Below, piece after piece: positions 13,692 to 28,003 of a stretch of DNA of 64,000 bases (positions are counted from its first letter, which is position 1; the number at the start of each line of letters is the position of its first letter). The DNA comes from Octopus sinensis. Its lineage: Eukaryota. The DNA lies in NCBI RefSeq assembly GCF_006345805.1, contig NC_043005.1, positions 70,370,001 through 70,434,000 on the forward strand, in the 5' to 3' direction. A program made the position numbers and the translations under genes. The notes under the pieces were generated by a model that was not told the DNA's origin, ran no database searches, and worked only from the letters and a program-made list of their open reading frames with translations.

Positions 13692-15860
13692 GTGTGTATA
13701 GATATATATAAATCCACACACATACATTTACATATACACATCTATACATACACATATATGGATACATATACATATATATTCACCCACATACATGTTTATA
13801 TCACCGTTACTTCCATGTTTATATCACCGTTTATTTGACATTGCTACATGTTCCGACGGGGTTATTCCTTTGGGCATGTCAGAACAAACTAAGCAATCCA
13901 ACGAAACAATAAAACAGCGAAACAACACAACATGAAGCAATATTAATACAGTAATAATTTTATGCACTTAGCATATGCGCTGTTCATGCATATTGGTTCA
14001 TAATTATATGTTTGTGTAGACCGTCATTAATTTGCATTACTAATCTATAGGGGTTAACAGAATAAGCACTTTTTCGTGCAGCATACACTCCATGGAAAGC
14101 ATCGTGGCCAATGTAGCGATATCCTGTTGTTGAGCGTAAGTAAGGACAGACAGATGTGTAAGAACGGCAGTGAACAAATTGGTGTCATATGATGTAGTAG
14201 GTCCATGAATTATCTCAGTCATGTTATATCACAAAGCGTGTTCAAGTCAGAAGTCATGGCTTATTATCAGGAAATCTAGATAATCCGTAGAAGCTAATTA
14301 GGTCTTTGTCTATAAAGTCGTAACGGAATCTGTCCCTCTCCGTTCCAAACTAAGAGGTTAAAGATGCTGTCACTGGCAACATGGTGTATTAAAATCGAAC
14401 AAAGCAGAGTTTATACCCCTTATAACATCACTTGAGGAGAGCCATCTGCATCCAGGTATGCACCATAACCAGTTGTACAGTATCCCACCCGCGAGGAATC
14501 AATGCAAGATACGTCGAAACGATCGTTGAAAGCAATGAAATTTTCCGTGTACTCCATTTTCAGTGTCTCTATTATTTGTTATATATATATATATATTCTA
14601 CCAGGAAATGGAATTCGTAGCTGATTCATAAGACGCTGCCGGACATGTTGCTAAACTGCACCAAAATTTGAGCTTCTTTGTAAGAGTTTTCAAAGGGAAA
14701 CAAAACCTAAAAATCTAAATGATTGTGGTTATTTAGGTATTCCTTGTATGTTAACGTTGTGCATTCAAAAGTACTTAGTCTATGTTTATACAAGGTACAG
14801 AAATGTGAGAAAGCAGATATTTCTGTAGAGGATCCGCAATGGGAGGAAGCAGATTATTAAGGAGTTTCATATTTGTAATTAATTTCCTGAACCAGATGAT
14901 GACGACTTTATATCATTTTCCATTTAAATGGCCTCGTTTACAAGTGAAGCTGCGAAAGTGGCTCCACAGGGAATCTGAGAGCAATTTATGGTGAACAGTC
15001 GAACGTATTAAGTATTGAGAATGATAAGGCGTAAAATCGACAGATATTGTCACTCCTTACTATTTTCAAATGAAGATACTAGTGCAGCAACAACTAAAGT
15101 TGAGTGGTAAATTTCCTAATGATTGAAATGTGCTGCAAACTTGAAATATGATGCTAGCAATATGGAAGTACAATTCATAATAAGAAAAACACAAAAGCAT
15201 TTTTGTTGTAACTTACAAGAATTCAGATATTAGCAGGGCTCCACGTACACTTGATCAGACAAGACGACATATATTTTCTTGACAGCAATTATATACACAC
15301 AGTGATTATATACACACGTATATAAATAATTACATTTCCTTTCCCGACAGTTCGATCAATAATAAAAACAAAGGTAAATTTAGATATTCTTGCAGAAAAT
15401 TTTTCTATCCCATTTCGATTCAAAATTGCATTCAAACATCAAAAATAGAATTCTGCATTTTTTTTTTCTTTTTCCTTGCTTGAAATAGTATTTCTCCCAA
15501 CAATTGTGCTGTTACTAATAACTGCATTCGGAAAAGAAATAATTAAACTATAGAATGGTGCCAAATCTTTTGTCGGATTGACTTGGAAGAAATTCAGTAA
15601 ACGTATTTTTTTTAACACTATAAGCATTCATGCAATTATCCCGACAAAATCTACTATCGACCTGTCCCATCATACATTTTTTAAAACCTACGTTTAAAGT
15701 ACGAGGACACGTTCTTCCATACATTGCCGATTACATTTCCTTGAGTTTAAGTCGTAACTTGAGTTCAAAAAGAATTTCATAGTAAAACACTCGCGAATCT
15801 GATGTAGAATTGCTAAACGCTGAGATCTTCTCGACACACTGCTGGTATTTTACTATATAT

Positions 15861-16089
15861 ATTTCTTTACTACCCACAAGGGGCTAAACATGGAAGGGAC
15901 AAACGAGGACAGACAAAGGGATTAAGCCGATTACATTGACCCCAGTGTGAAACTGGTACTTTATTTATAGACACCGAAAGGTGGAAGGCAAAGTCGACCT
16001 CGGCGGAATTTGAACTCAGAACGTAACGACAGACGAAATACCGCTAAGCATTTCGCCCGGCGCGCTAACGTTTCTGCCAGCTCGCCGCC
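15861..16089 (-). mobile_element. SINE family A, full monomer
   Basis: Near-identical to 27051-27277. Confidence 0.9.
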
Positions 16090-16244
16090 TTTCTAACAGA
16101 TAACCACCAAAATCTTGGGAGGATTCAGTGATCTGTTCTCCACCATGTTAGGCCTATTCTAGTCTCCTGATTTCTATACATTAATTTTTCTATTCGTATT
16201 TTCTTATACACCCGAATTTATAAATTCCTAGTTACACACACACA

Positions 16245-16652
<408 letters not shown>

Positions 16653-17244
16653 TTTCTGTTTATCAGTTTCTTTATGGTTTATTATTTGTAATACTTTTAT
16701 CGATTCATTCTACGCTTCTCTCCCAATAATTTCATTTTTCATTCTTTCGTCTATATAAATACGTTTGAAATAGCGGTTTATATCGTCATCCAAAAAGATC
16801 TTTTACAACTTTATCCAATCAAAGACTATCGTAATATTCAAACTTCTTCACAGTATGTCTATTAAATACCGTTTTATGTCCCACATTTCCTAATCGTTCG
16901 AAAGTCCAATTATCAATTTATGAAGTTTCGATCGCCAATAAAATATATTAGGTAAATTTTATTTCATTATTGATTAATTACTTTCCGGTCTCTCATTCAC
17001 ACTTCAGAATTTACATTTATATAAAAAGACGAAGTAGACACGTATATTCAGATGTATGTATGTATGTATGCATGTTTGTATGTATGTATGTATGTATGTA
17101 TGTATGTATGTATGTATGCATGTTTGTATGTATGTATGTATGTATGTATGTATGTATGTATGTATGTATGTATGTATGTATGTATTTATGTATACAGATG
17201 CGTACGCCCACATACATACACATACTCACACACACACATAAACA

Positions 17245-17990
17245 TTAGGTTGGAAAAAATGTCCAATCGTATTTCGGACATGATCGTTTTTAGGGCGACT
17301 TTTTTCAATACTACGGTAAAATAAGCATTAATTTTTTATATCCAATCGTCCTTTTCTTTCTTTGCAGAGTATGTTATATTAAATTCATATCCATTTTCTT
17401 TTAAAATTAAGTTTAGATCAGACCTATATTAGACGCCGTATGCTGTATGAATTCAAAATGGGCTCTTTAAGAATAGAAGAGGTAAGAAATATTTGTTTTG
17501 TCTATGGAAATGTATCTTCAAGTGTCTGGACATACTAATGATGCTTTGGGTAGTTTCTCTCCAAGAAGTTTCCCTTCAATATGGGCAGCTAAGTTGTGTC
17601 AGCATTGAGCCTCCTAAATGAAGCTGCGCGAGTATTAGCAAAACAGTCCAGTTCAACTAACACTTCGATCACAAAATCTCTCACGAACTAGGAAATGCAT
17701 CTAAACTTTTTCGGTGGATTCTTCATCAACTGACTGCATCCGAGCTTAATCAAAGAGAGGCTCTCTGCTACAAACACTCAGGTAAAGATTGTGGCAAGAA
17801 AGATAGAATTTTTTACCTCCTTCTCCTCCTCCTCTTCACTCTCCTGACCTTGCATCATCTATCATGCTTTCAAATCATTGCAACATTATTTAGAGGGAAA
17901 TCTGTTTATCAAATGTGAAGAGTCCAAACGTGATATTCGGGGTTTCTTTGATTCGAAACTTGGCGAATGATGAACAATTATCTGAACTTA
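17245..17990 (+). mobile_element. Highly decayed mariner
   Basis: TTAGGTTGG-type TIR start. Remnants RRRMLYEFKMG, WILHQLT (WVPHEL-like) and HSPDLAS. Confidence 0.6.
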
Positions 17991-18677
17991 TGAGTATTAA
18001 GACCAAAGACGCATTTATTCTTATCTGTCTTGAAACGAGACAGGAAAACTTGAGAATCAGGAGAGCAGATGTCCATAGTTACTTCTCACCTAAAGGTATA
18101 AATCCTGAAAATTTATATTGTAATGTGACTGAGATGGAGAAAGATTCGCGCAATCCCTCGCATTGGTTCAATCTGGACATGAAGTGAAACATCTTGAGAA
18201 TTACTATTGAAACCACACATGTAAAAATAATAGAGCATGGAGGTATTCCCTTACGGCGGTTTCTGGGATTTGATGTTCAGTAGGAACAATAAAATGCCTT
18301 GTATATTTATACACAAAAAGTACGCTAATAATACTGATTGCATATGAATCAACACAAATTTTGAATTAGGTTATCAAGTACGACCGATCGCGAAAAGGAA
18401 ATATGGTTCAAGTAACGAAGATCTTACAGTTTTTTTTGTTTTTTTTTTTCTAGTTTCAGCTGAGAGCTGCGGCCATGCTGATGCGGAACCATGTGGTTGG
18501 TAAACAAGCTACTTACCACACAGCCACTCTGTTATAACTGTATATTTATAACTAGAAATAACTGTATATTTATAACTGTATATTTATATATGTATACTTT
18601 GATACTTTGATAGGTTTCGGCCATTATTGGCCCAGGCCATGTCTAACTTAATAGCACCACCTGGTGCTATATTATAA

Positions 18678-19077
18678 CTTTACTTTTACTTTTACTTGTT
18701 TCAGTCATTTGACTGCGGCCATGCTGGAGCACCGCCTTTAGTCGAGCAAATCGACCCCGGGACTTATTCTTTGTAAGCCCAGTACTTATTCTATCGGTCT
18801 CTTTTTGCCGAACCGCTAAGTGACGGGGACGTAAACACACCAGCATCGGTTGTCAAGCAATGCTAGGGGGACAAACACAGACATACAAACACACATACAT
18901 ATATATATATACATATATACGACAGGCTTCTTTCAGTTTCCGTCTACCAAATCCACTCACAAGGCATTGGTCGGCCCGGGGCTATAGCAGAAGACACTTG
19001 CCCAAGATGCCACGCAGTGGGACTGAACCCAGAACCATGTGGTTAGTTAGCAAGCTACTTACCACACAGCCACTCCT
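18678..19077 (-). mobile_element. tRNA-derived SINE family B (CORE-like), near full length, with internal microsatellite
   Basis: Head GGAGTGGCTGTGTGGTAAG..GGTTCAGTCCC, CORE-like CTTGGGCAAGT and an (AGTAAA)n tail. Several copies occur in the window. Confidence 0.9.
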
Positions 19078-19528
19078 TCTTCAACCAAATCACTTCATGA
19101 AAGGGAATGAAAGTGTTTCATTATATCACTCAGACAAATTCCCTGACACATCCTCACGTACTCACAATCGCCCACGTACAAACATACATACATATATAAA
19201 TACAGATATGCATACATGCATACATATGTAAGTAATTAATCTAACCAGCTCACTAGAATTTACAACTTTCATCTCTCACCCTATGCTTCAAACCATGTAG
19301 GTCTGCAACGGGACTGGGTTGTCATCTGCAATGTCATGGACGGAAGTTAGAAAAAACTATTAACAACGAGGAAACCCAGAGTACCGGCAAACATCTGTTA
19401 AGATGGGGCAAGACCTGTGTGTCGATGACCATATCTCAGCTTCAGAGGTTAAGTACATGGTATAGGAGACAAAATATCCGAGAATAGTAGTTTCCATAGC
19501 TCTGTGTCAGAAATAAGCATGGAAAATG

Positions 19529-19569
<41 letters not shown>

Positions 19570-19572
<3 letters not shown>

Positions 19573-19725
19573 CAGGTGTGGCTATTTCGTTCAGAAGCTC
19601 GATTTGCAACCAGACTTCGGATTCATTCCCATTGTGCGACATTTAAGGAGTGTGACTTGTGCTAAAGCCCCATGACGATTAATGCCTTGAGGGTAAATTT
19701 AGCACGCCGAAACTGTGAGGAAGGG
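19570..19725 (+). mobile_element. Degenerate SINE family B head
   Basis: GCAGGTGTGGCT..ATTCATTCCCATTGTGCGAC..GCCTTGAG..GAAACTG. Confidence 0.5.
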
Positions 19726-19747
19726 TCAATCACTCTCTCTCTCTCTT

Positions 19748-19778
<31 letters not shown>

Positions 19779-19779
19779 A

Positions 19780-19828
<49 letters not shown>

Positions 19829-21180
19829 ATATATATTAAGAGAGAGTGAAGAAAGTGAGAGATAGTGGGAGAGAGAGAATGAGGAAAGTGAGAGAGAGAG
19901 AGGGAGAAGGAGGGAGGGAGGGAGTTTTAGGCACGTAGATGGTGATAGCCAGATTGATAAATAGAGAATGGTTAGTGTTTGTACATTCGTTGAGCCTGAA
20001 TTTTAGGAACCTGCATGCAAGCATCTAAAGTTGTAGATAATAAAAGAAGTAAATACTTCTATACATGAAATATTTTATGGTTGGAAATATGTTCGTATGT
20101 ATTCGTGTAAGAAGTATGGTTTTATTATTTTCACTATATTTTCAACTACATAAAATTTGGAATGAAAACGGAATATGAGAGAAAGGGTATTGTGAATAAA
20201 ATCCTAAATTAGATTAATAAATTGGAACAAGTTTATAAATCATGAAAAATAAAGTAATATTGTGAAAAGATGGCTACGTGCTTTTTCAATTGGTGGCACA
20301 GATGGAAACAATGGCAGATGACGTGATTGTTGGTATGATGCAGTTGTAAAGAGCGCAGCTGACGCGAAAGAAATATATGGCGGTATTTGAATGATTATAT
20401 TACTTTTAGGTACTGTGTGGGCGAACGAAAGATATTGCGTGCAAAAATAGTAAGAAAGGTTTGTGAAGATTAATAGGTAAACAAAAGTACAATGATTGTA
20501 TAAATGTATGTTTATTTCTGTATAACCAACGGTATTGTGAAACATAGAGGAAGCTTCGTAGTTATATAGAAGCGAAAGATTTGTTCAAAGTAAAACTAAA
20601 GATAGACCTTATATATGTATGATTAAAAGTACAGAGTCTAGCAGTCACGTAATACGAGATGAAGCTAATTCATATTTTCATAAACTATCTATTCTTTTAT
20701 TCGTTAATTCTGTCACTCAATTAAGTACTTTACAAATCTATTTTGTAGAGTTCAATGTATGTGCTTATAAAAATTTGTACATTTATTTTTAATACTCTAG
20801 GATACGAAATATAATTGCTGCGGGATACTATGCTGGAGAAAAAATATTCCGCTGTAGTTTTTGTATGCAGAAGCACATGCAGTCGAAATGGAGATAACAT
20901 CAGCGATGTACCACACGCAGCGATTTACATTCATCATATGAAATTGGACTAGATGTGCTTTTATACACAAAATATACGCAGAGAAAATTTTCCTCCCCAC
21001 AGCTAATGCCTTTCACGTTTTAATATGTAAAACATGCTGAAAATAATGAGCACATCTTTATTTGAACACACGATTCTTCGTAAGCTTATACTAAATTATT
21101 ATCTACATAAGCTTACTTCTAAATTAATTTGTCTTTTTTTTCTGTGTACTTTGACCCTGCTGTTCGTGTGTTTATACAAC

Positions 21181-21211
<31 letters not shown>

Positions 21212-21559
21212 AGTACGTGTGTGTGCGTGTGTGTGTGTGCATTAACCAACTATTGTTTTTCTCCCTTTTCTTATTTGCACTATATATATATATATATATA
21301 TATAAAAGAGTGTACCCAGATCTATACACTAGTTGCCAGATGCGGTTAGGAATGACATTTATTTCTTCAATACTTCAAATTATTATTACTGCTAAAACCT
21401 TCACACGAATTTCTTACTATAGAATATAGATCCTGAAGTTAGTAGTTGTGTAAATACTATTCATATATGTTTATATATTCATATGCCTGGAGAATAATTA
21501 TTGCAGAAAGAGGAATTATTTCTCATTCTCTCGAAAGTTTATCAAATACTTTTGGCGTG

Positions 21560-22245
21560 AACACGCACACCTGCCCTAACCACATGTACACCACTACACA
21601 AACATCCATACACAAGTGATTACACACTTCACACGCCATTACACACACGCCCTCAAACACCTTCCCACTCCACACACATTAGCACCGAACACTTTTAAGC
21701 ATCCACACAACACACCATATCAACACATCCATACATACACCATTATCCACAAACCCACACGGATATATTCAATAGCGTCACCACACATACCACTATACGA
21801 CCAGCCCCACGCATTGTCTAACTCAGTACACACACCACATACCATTATGTACAATCACACGCCCACAAAAGCACATAATACCTAAACACAAGTAATATAT
21901 GCACACACGGGCGAAAAAGCACGCGCATAAATACACGCAACACGCAGAGACACAGATAGCTTTAGCCCACAAACATACACTATACATATGCTCGCTGTTT
22001 GGCCAAAGACATACACACATACACTCATAGACACACCAGCTGAACAAGCACACATCAACTGCAACACACACACACAGAGGTTAGCCTCACACATATACAC
22101 ACGTCTATACACATACTAGCACATATACACACTCCATACGCACACACACACAAACACTCGCCCTCTCATACGTACTCACACACTGGCTCAGATTCACATA
22201 TATATACTCACACGCACACACCATTCACACATACACAAACGTACT
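21560..22245. repeat. Cryptic CA-rich low-complexity tract
   Basis: Strong C/A strand bias with no clean period. Confidence 0.8.
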
Positions 22246-22530
22246 TGCGCACCTTAGTTTTTGTGATCTCCGTTAACGCTATATTATTATTATTATTATT
22301 ATTAATATTATTATTATTATCATTATTATTATTCCATTTTTTCCTTTTCTCTCCTCTCCTTTCCTTTCCTTCTCTATTTTACTTCTTTTACTTAACATTA
22401 TACATTTTGATCTTATTTGATCGACTTACGGCCGAAGTGATGAGATCCGTCTCCCGAGTCTGTTTTAGACACTGAGGGGAAGTTAAATGGAAATAATGTA
22501 GTTTAGAATGGATTATTATTATTATTATTG

Positions 22531-22589
<59 letters not shown>

Positions 22590-23145
22590 GAGTGAGAGAG
22601 CAGTGCATGCCATCAAAGTGACACTGGGGTAAAATATACGAAGCCCAATATACCCATCATGACTACCCGTCTGATAAGGGTACACCAGGCACATGAATCA
22701 CAACCATATGTGCGCGACATGGTGATCTCATATCAAGATAAACAGCACATGACCTTGCAGGTGGGGCCCAGTTAGAATTTTCTTCAGGTTGAGTAGCCCA
22801 TCCCGGTCAAAAGGTCCCTGAATAAGGGTTGTTTAAGGATGTTGAAAGAACCACCCATGTTTCCAGAGGTGAATTATTCAAACTCCAAAGAATCCCTCTC
22901 AACACATGGCTATGATGCTCCCCCACTACTTCTGCTCGTGATCAGAGATGCACATATCGTCAGCCACTAAGGGACATGCTCAACTGGTTAAGGTCAAACA
23001 ACTGACAAGCAAATCTGTGGTATTGAGCAGAATATTTGCTGTAGCCCATCTTTTATACCGAGACAAAACAATGTACATGATAACACTTCCAATCAGTTAA
23101 GATCTGAAGCCATGAGAGCCACTGCCTGGTACTGCATCCGGGCAT
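22590..23145. mobile_element. Non-coding insert embedded in an (ATT)n microsatellite; possible R4/Dong-like derivative
   Basis: A complex ~555-bp segment is bounded on both sides by pure (ATT)n. The family call is inferred from the target type only. Confidence 0.55.
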
Positions 23146-23340
23146 TTATTATTATTATTATTATTATTATTAATATTAATATTATTATTATTATTATAAT
23201 TGTGTTGTTATTGTTGTTGTTGTTATCTTTCTGTCATTCAGCCTCTTTTTTCTAGTCGTCTCTGCCTGTTGGGCCGTTGGACACTGCACATTTTTCACTC
23301 CCCGTTCTTTTCATCTTTCTTCATTTTTTTCCCTCTTAAT

Positions 23341-23378
23341 CCTGTCTGCCGAAGAGCGTAGGCTTGAAACGTAACAGG
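23341..23378 (+). ncRNA. Minimal type I hammerhead ribozyme (A6C variant)
   Basis: CCTGT-CTGCCGA-A-GAGC(GTAG)GCTT-GAA-ACGT-A-ACAGG: 5-bp stem I, 4-bp stem II, loopless palindromic stem III and a GUA site. Confidence 0.65.
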
Positions 23379-23468
23379 CTTTTCCATTCTTCCCGAGCGT
23401 TAAAATAAAATAATACACTTGCTTGTTGTTCCTACGCATGCCTTCGTTTATTGTTTCCTATAAATTTG

Positions 23469-23534
<66 letters not shown>

Positions 23535-24002
23535 AAACAAAAGATATCTGTCTGTGTAATACGTATTCAACCAATTTTCCCCAGACTTACACACACATTA
23601 CTAATGTCCCAAGGACGGTCATGCACTATAGTATTTTGCCCAGAGCCCCCGTGTAAAGCAAGAAATAGGAATAGGTGTATTACACGTTTTTTTCCCCTAA
23701 AAAACCGATTCTCTTCCTATTCACATTCTCTGTTTCTCTTGTTTACATATATTCTCTCACCCTCTAAAATAGTTCCTCACTTTTAATTTATGTCTTCTTT
23801 CCATCATTCTATCTCCCTCTTCCTTTCTTTTTTCTCCCTCCCTCTTGCTCTCTTTCTTTCTCCCTCCCTCTTTCTTTCTGTCTTTTTTCTTTTTCTGTGT
23901 CTTTCTTTTTTTCTTTCTATTCGACTAAAGGCAGTGTTCTAGGATGCCTACAAGCAAATGACTGGAACAAGTAAAATAATACAAATGACTATGCCATTTT
24001 AA

Positions 24003-24034
24003 ATCCCGAGCAACGCCGGGTATCTCTGCAAGTA
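24003..24034 (-). mobile_element. Helitron/Helentron-type terminus (same family as 5065)
   Basis: The reverse complement is ACTTGCAGAGATACCCGGCGTTGCTCGGGAT. Confidence 0.6.
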
Positions 24035-24054
24035 TTATATATATATATATTTAT

Positions 24055-24113
<59 letters not shown>

Positions 24114-24227
24114 CACACACATATATATATATACATATATATATATATATTATATATATATATATAAAAGCACACATACATACACACAGATAGATAGATA
24201 GATATATGGATATACACAACATATACA

Positions 24228-24453
24228 CATCGTCATTCATGATCCATAATTTATAAGCACATAGGTATTAATATGTGATTATCAACCTGGTTGATTTAGG
24301 TAGTTAACATTTGAGGTAAACAACCGCTGAAGAGTCTTTATTGAAAGACAAAAAACCACTTCAATTTCCATTTCAATTTAATCAGACCCTACTTGTTCAC
24401 GCGCCGTAAATATTTTCGCAGCTGGACTCAAAATAGCTATAACAAACACTTGG
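24228..24453 (+). mobile_element. Microsatellite-embedded PLE-like insert with a half hammerhead
   Basis: CTGAAGA-GTCTTT(ATTG)AAAGAC at 24327-24349. GAAA and stem III are missing. Confidence 0.45.
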
Positions 24454-24638
24454 TATATATATTCTTTATACATGAACACACTTTCTTTTACAAACACACA
24501 CACACACCACACACACAAATATACACACACATATATACATGCGCATATATACATATATATATATATTATATATATATATATATAGTTAATCTAAACATGT
24601 ACAAAGAGAAAATACAACATATATGTATGTATGTGCGA

Positions 24639-24685
<47 letters not shown>

Positions 24686-25451
24686 TATATATTTATATAC
24701 ACATATATACAGAGCCTTAGATATGTAGGTGTGTATGTGTTTGTGCGTGTGTGTTTACATGTACGAAATAATAAATTTAGTAGCATCTCCCTGAAATATT
24801 TTCTACATATATTCTATCGTGAGATGGAGCTTCATATACGAATGCCTGCATAAAAATATAAATCTATCTCTTTTGCTATTTATACGTATGTTTGCATATT
24901 TATATTAATAGGTACCTCACAAAGAAATATTCAGCTAATTATCTTCCATTATTACTCTCCGTTAACCTTTAAGATCTCAAACAGAACACTATTATCCCAA
25001 ACTTGCAGTATTTTTTGAGATTTTCTCAAAGTGCCATTAACGCAGAGCAGGTGATTATGATGCCAGCTTTTGTTATCAACCAAGCAATTTCTAAAGACTC
25101 ACTCTGTTGCGCTATACATGGAGTGTATACAAATTCTAGCCTGTGGGAAATTACTCCAGCAGAAATCTAATAGAATTCGTGGTGTTACTTATATTGGGAA
25201 TATTTCTAAGTATATATTTCTATACTCTCTATGTTTATAAGTATGTTTAAGTATTTGCGTACACACACACACGCACACAGACACAAACACTCACACATAC
25301 ACACGTATGTGCCTGTACATTTGTGTTTAGGATTGTATATACATAAATATATTTCTACATATATTTTCGTATAAACGCACTTACTAATGTATATAAGTAT
25401 AGTCGTATATATCTATTTATACAGATAGACAGATAGATAAATAGATAGATA

Positions 25452-25500
<49 letters not shown>

Positions 25501-25954
25501 TATATATATATAGATATAGATAGATATGGATATATGTGTGTGTGGGTGTGTATATCAATACATATATATATATATATATATAGTGTATTGTTCGTCGGTC
25601 TCAATGAGGTTCATTGAATGTCTCTACGAACTAACTTCTTGCACGTAATATTAATTACTATGCGCTTGAACATAACATAAACATAATTTGTAGGACGATT
25701 CTATCTGACACAATGGCTGGATATTTGAATTACAGCTACTATCCGAAACAAAATTTGAAAAAGGGACAAAGAAGAAGAAAGTCCTAACGCCTTACAAGTA
25801 GTATATTTATCAATTGCCACGACTATTACAGCAAATCTGCTCCCACTGGTAATTGAACTAAAGCTTTCAGATATACCTCAAGAAAGGAACTGAGACAGAT
25901 TTGCGTGTTTGTATAAGCAAAGCCTATTTGAATCAGAAAGGGTCTTTCTTTAAA

Positions 25955-26185
25955 GGCAATGAGCTGTCAGAACCGTTAACATGTCGGGTGAAATGCTTAG
26001 CGGCATTTCGTGAATCATTATGTTCCGATTTCCACTGAGTTGAAAATTCGCCGAGGTCGACTTTGCGTTTTATACCTCACAGTCGATGAAATAAGTGCCA
26101 GTTGAGGTGACTAAGATCTCTGCAAACGACTTATACCGTCTTTCGATATTTTTGCACACCTGCCTTGTGCCAAAATTAGAAACAA
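25955..26185 (+). mobile_element. Degenerate SINE family A (older subfamily tail)
   Basis: GAGCTGTCAGAACCGTTAAC..GCCGAGGTCGACTTTGC..GCCTTGTGCCAAAATTAGAAAC. Confidence 0.7.
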
Positions 26186-26529
26186 TTATTATATATATAT
26201 ACAGCGAAGACATATTGTGTATATTCGTACATACACTCAAATTTGCAACATACATCACGCACACAAACATATACACCTGTGCAAATCTCCACTTTCACAT
26301 TCCTGGTATACATACATGCATACATGCATACATACATACATACACACATACATACATACATACATCCATATATATATGCACGCACACACACATACACACA
26401 CACTGCGTTTCAAATTATTAGTGAAGTGTAATTAAAATTAATGAAAACAAGATTGCTTACAAACCGAAATGAACACATCGGTTTACAAATCGAAATAAAC
26501 AGCGTACAAAAATTGTATGTGAACTGATC

Positions 26530-27600
26530 AGTAGGGGACATAGAACATTTGTTTGAAATAAGTTAGAAAAGGCGCTAATTTCTGGCTCTCTTGTGATGTT
26601 ACATCACGGTATACATCTACTATTGCCTGCCACAGTTCAACCTTGCTCTTAAATTGGCGTCCAGTCCCGTAAACGCATCGCTTTAGAATACTCCACAAGT
26701 TCTCTATTGGGTTTCAGCGGGAGAACAGGCAGGCCACTTTACCTTTCGAGTTGCACAGAAGCCTAATTGTTGCAGATACTCATTAGTTTTCTTCTTTGTG
26801 TACGAGGTTCCATTAATTTGCAAGATAATGATGGCTGTCTTAAAGATGATCCTTCATTTCTTAACCAAAGTGCAAGGTACTCTCTCAGAAAGGCTATGTA
26901 GGCATCCGCAGTCATTTTTACGCCACCGGGTACTTTCTAAGTTCCAACCATACTGCCTCCAATACTACCTGCCAAAAATCATGATACCTCCTCCTCCTCC
27001 TTGTTTAGCGTCTCCAGAGTTGATGACAATCTCGTCCATTTACAACCTATTTCTTTATTACCCACAAGGGGCTAAACACAGAGGGGACAAACAAGGACAT
27101 ACATAGGTATTAAGTCGATTACATCGACCCCAGTGCGTAACTGGTACTTAATTTATCGACCCCGAAAGGATGAAAGGCAAAGTCGACCTCGGCGGAATTT
27201 GAACTCACAACGTAACGCAGACGAAATACCGCTAGGCATTTTGCCCGGCGTGCTAACGATTCTGCCAGCTCGCCGCCTCATTTACAACCTATCCCTTGCT
27301 CCAACCAAGAGGTTCATCGAGTTTCATCCGTAAACAAAACTTTTGAAAAGTCGACCTTCATGTTATCTTCTGCGCATTTCAGGCGATTTTGTATGTGTAT
27401 TTTGATTAAAGGAGACCCTTTAACTGATGTTACTTCATCAAACACAGTTGCGTCGCCAGTTCACTATAAAAAGTGCCCGCTTATAAGACCTGGCTTCTTT
27501 ATAATTTCACGCTTAATTCGTGACCACTGAAAACTCGTGGAGATCATGCAAATGGCTGCCGTTTATTTACACTTGCACAAAACCACACGTTTTACAAACC
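26530..27600 (-). mobile_element. Tc1-type (DD34E) transposase remnant
   Basis: The minus strand reads KVDFSKVLFTDETR, QGGGGGIMI and KWPACSP.NPIENLWSILKR. A SINE A copy splits it. Confidence 0.8.
27051..27277 (-). mobile_element. SINE family A with 14-bp TSD
   Basis: CATTTACAACCTAT occurs at 27037-27050 and 27279-27292. Confidence 0.92.
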
Positions 27601-27713
27601 ACGCGTATGTAATTATGGAAATTTTGTTGAATTTAGACGAGTAGATTTTAAATAAATTAACAAATGTTACGTCGTTAATAATTTGAAACAGAGTGTCTTT
27701 GTGTGCTCGTGTG

Positions 27714-27747
<34 letters not shown>

Positions 27748-27839
27748 ATATATATTATATATATATATATACATATACGTATGTATATGTATATATTTAT
27801 GTATATATATATATATATACGTACGTTTATGTATATATT

Positions 27840-27887
<48 letters not shown>

Positions 27888-28003
27888 AATACATATATAT
27901 ATAAAGGCGGTGCTCCATCATGGCCACAATCAAATCACTGAAACAAATAATAGAATATATATATATCTATGTATGTATATGTATATGTATATGCATACAC
28001 GCA

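Noticed and set aside
20240-20540. Possible GIY-YIG relic (WYDAVVKS..EIYGGI)
   Set aside because: Too degenerate; a single weak motif.
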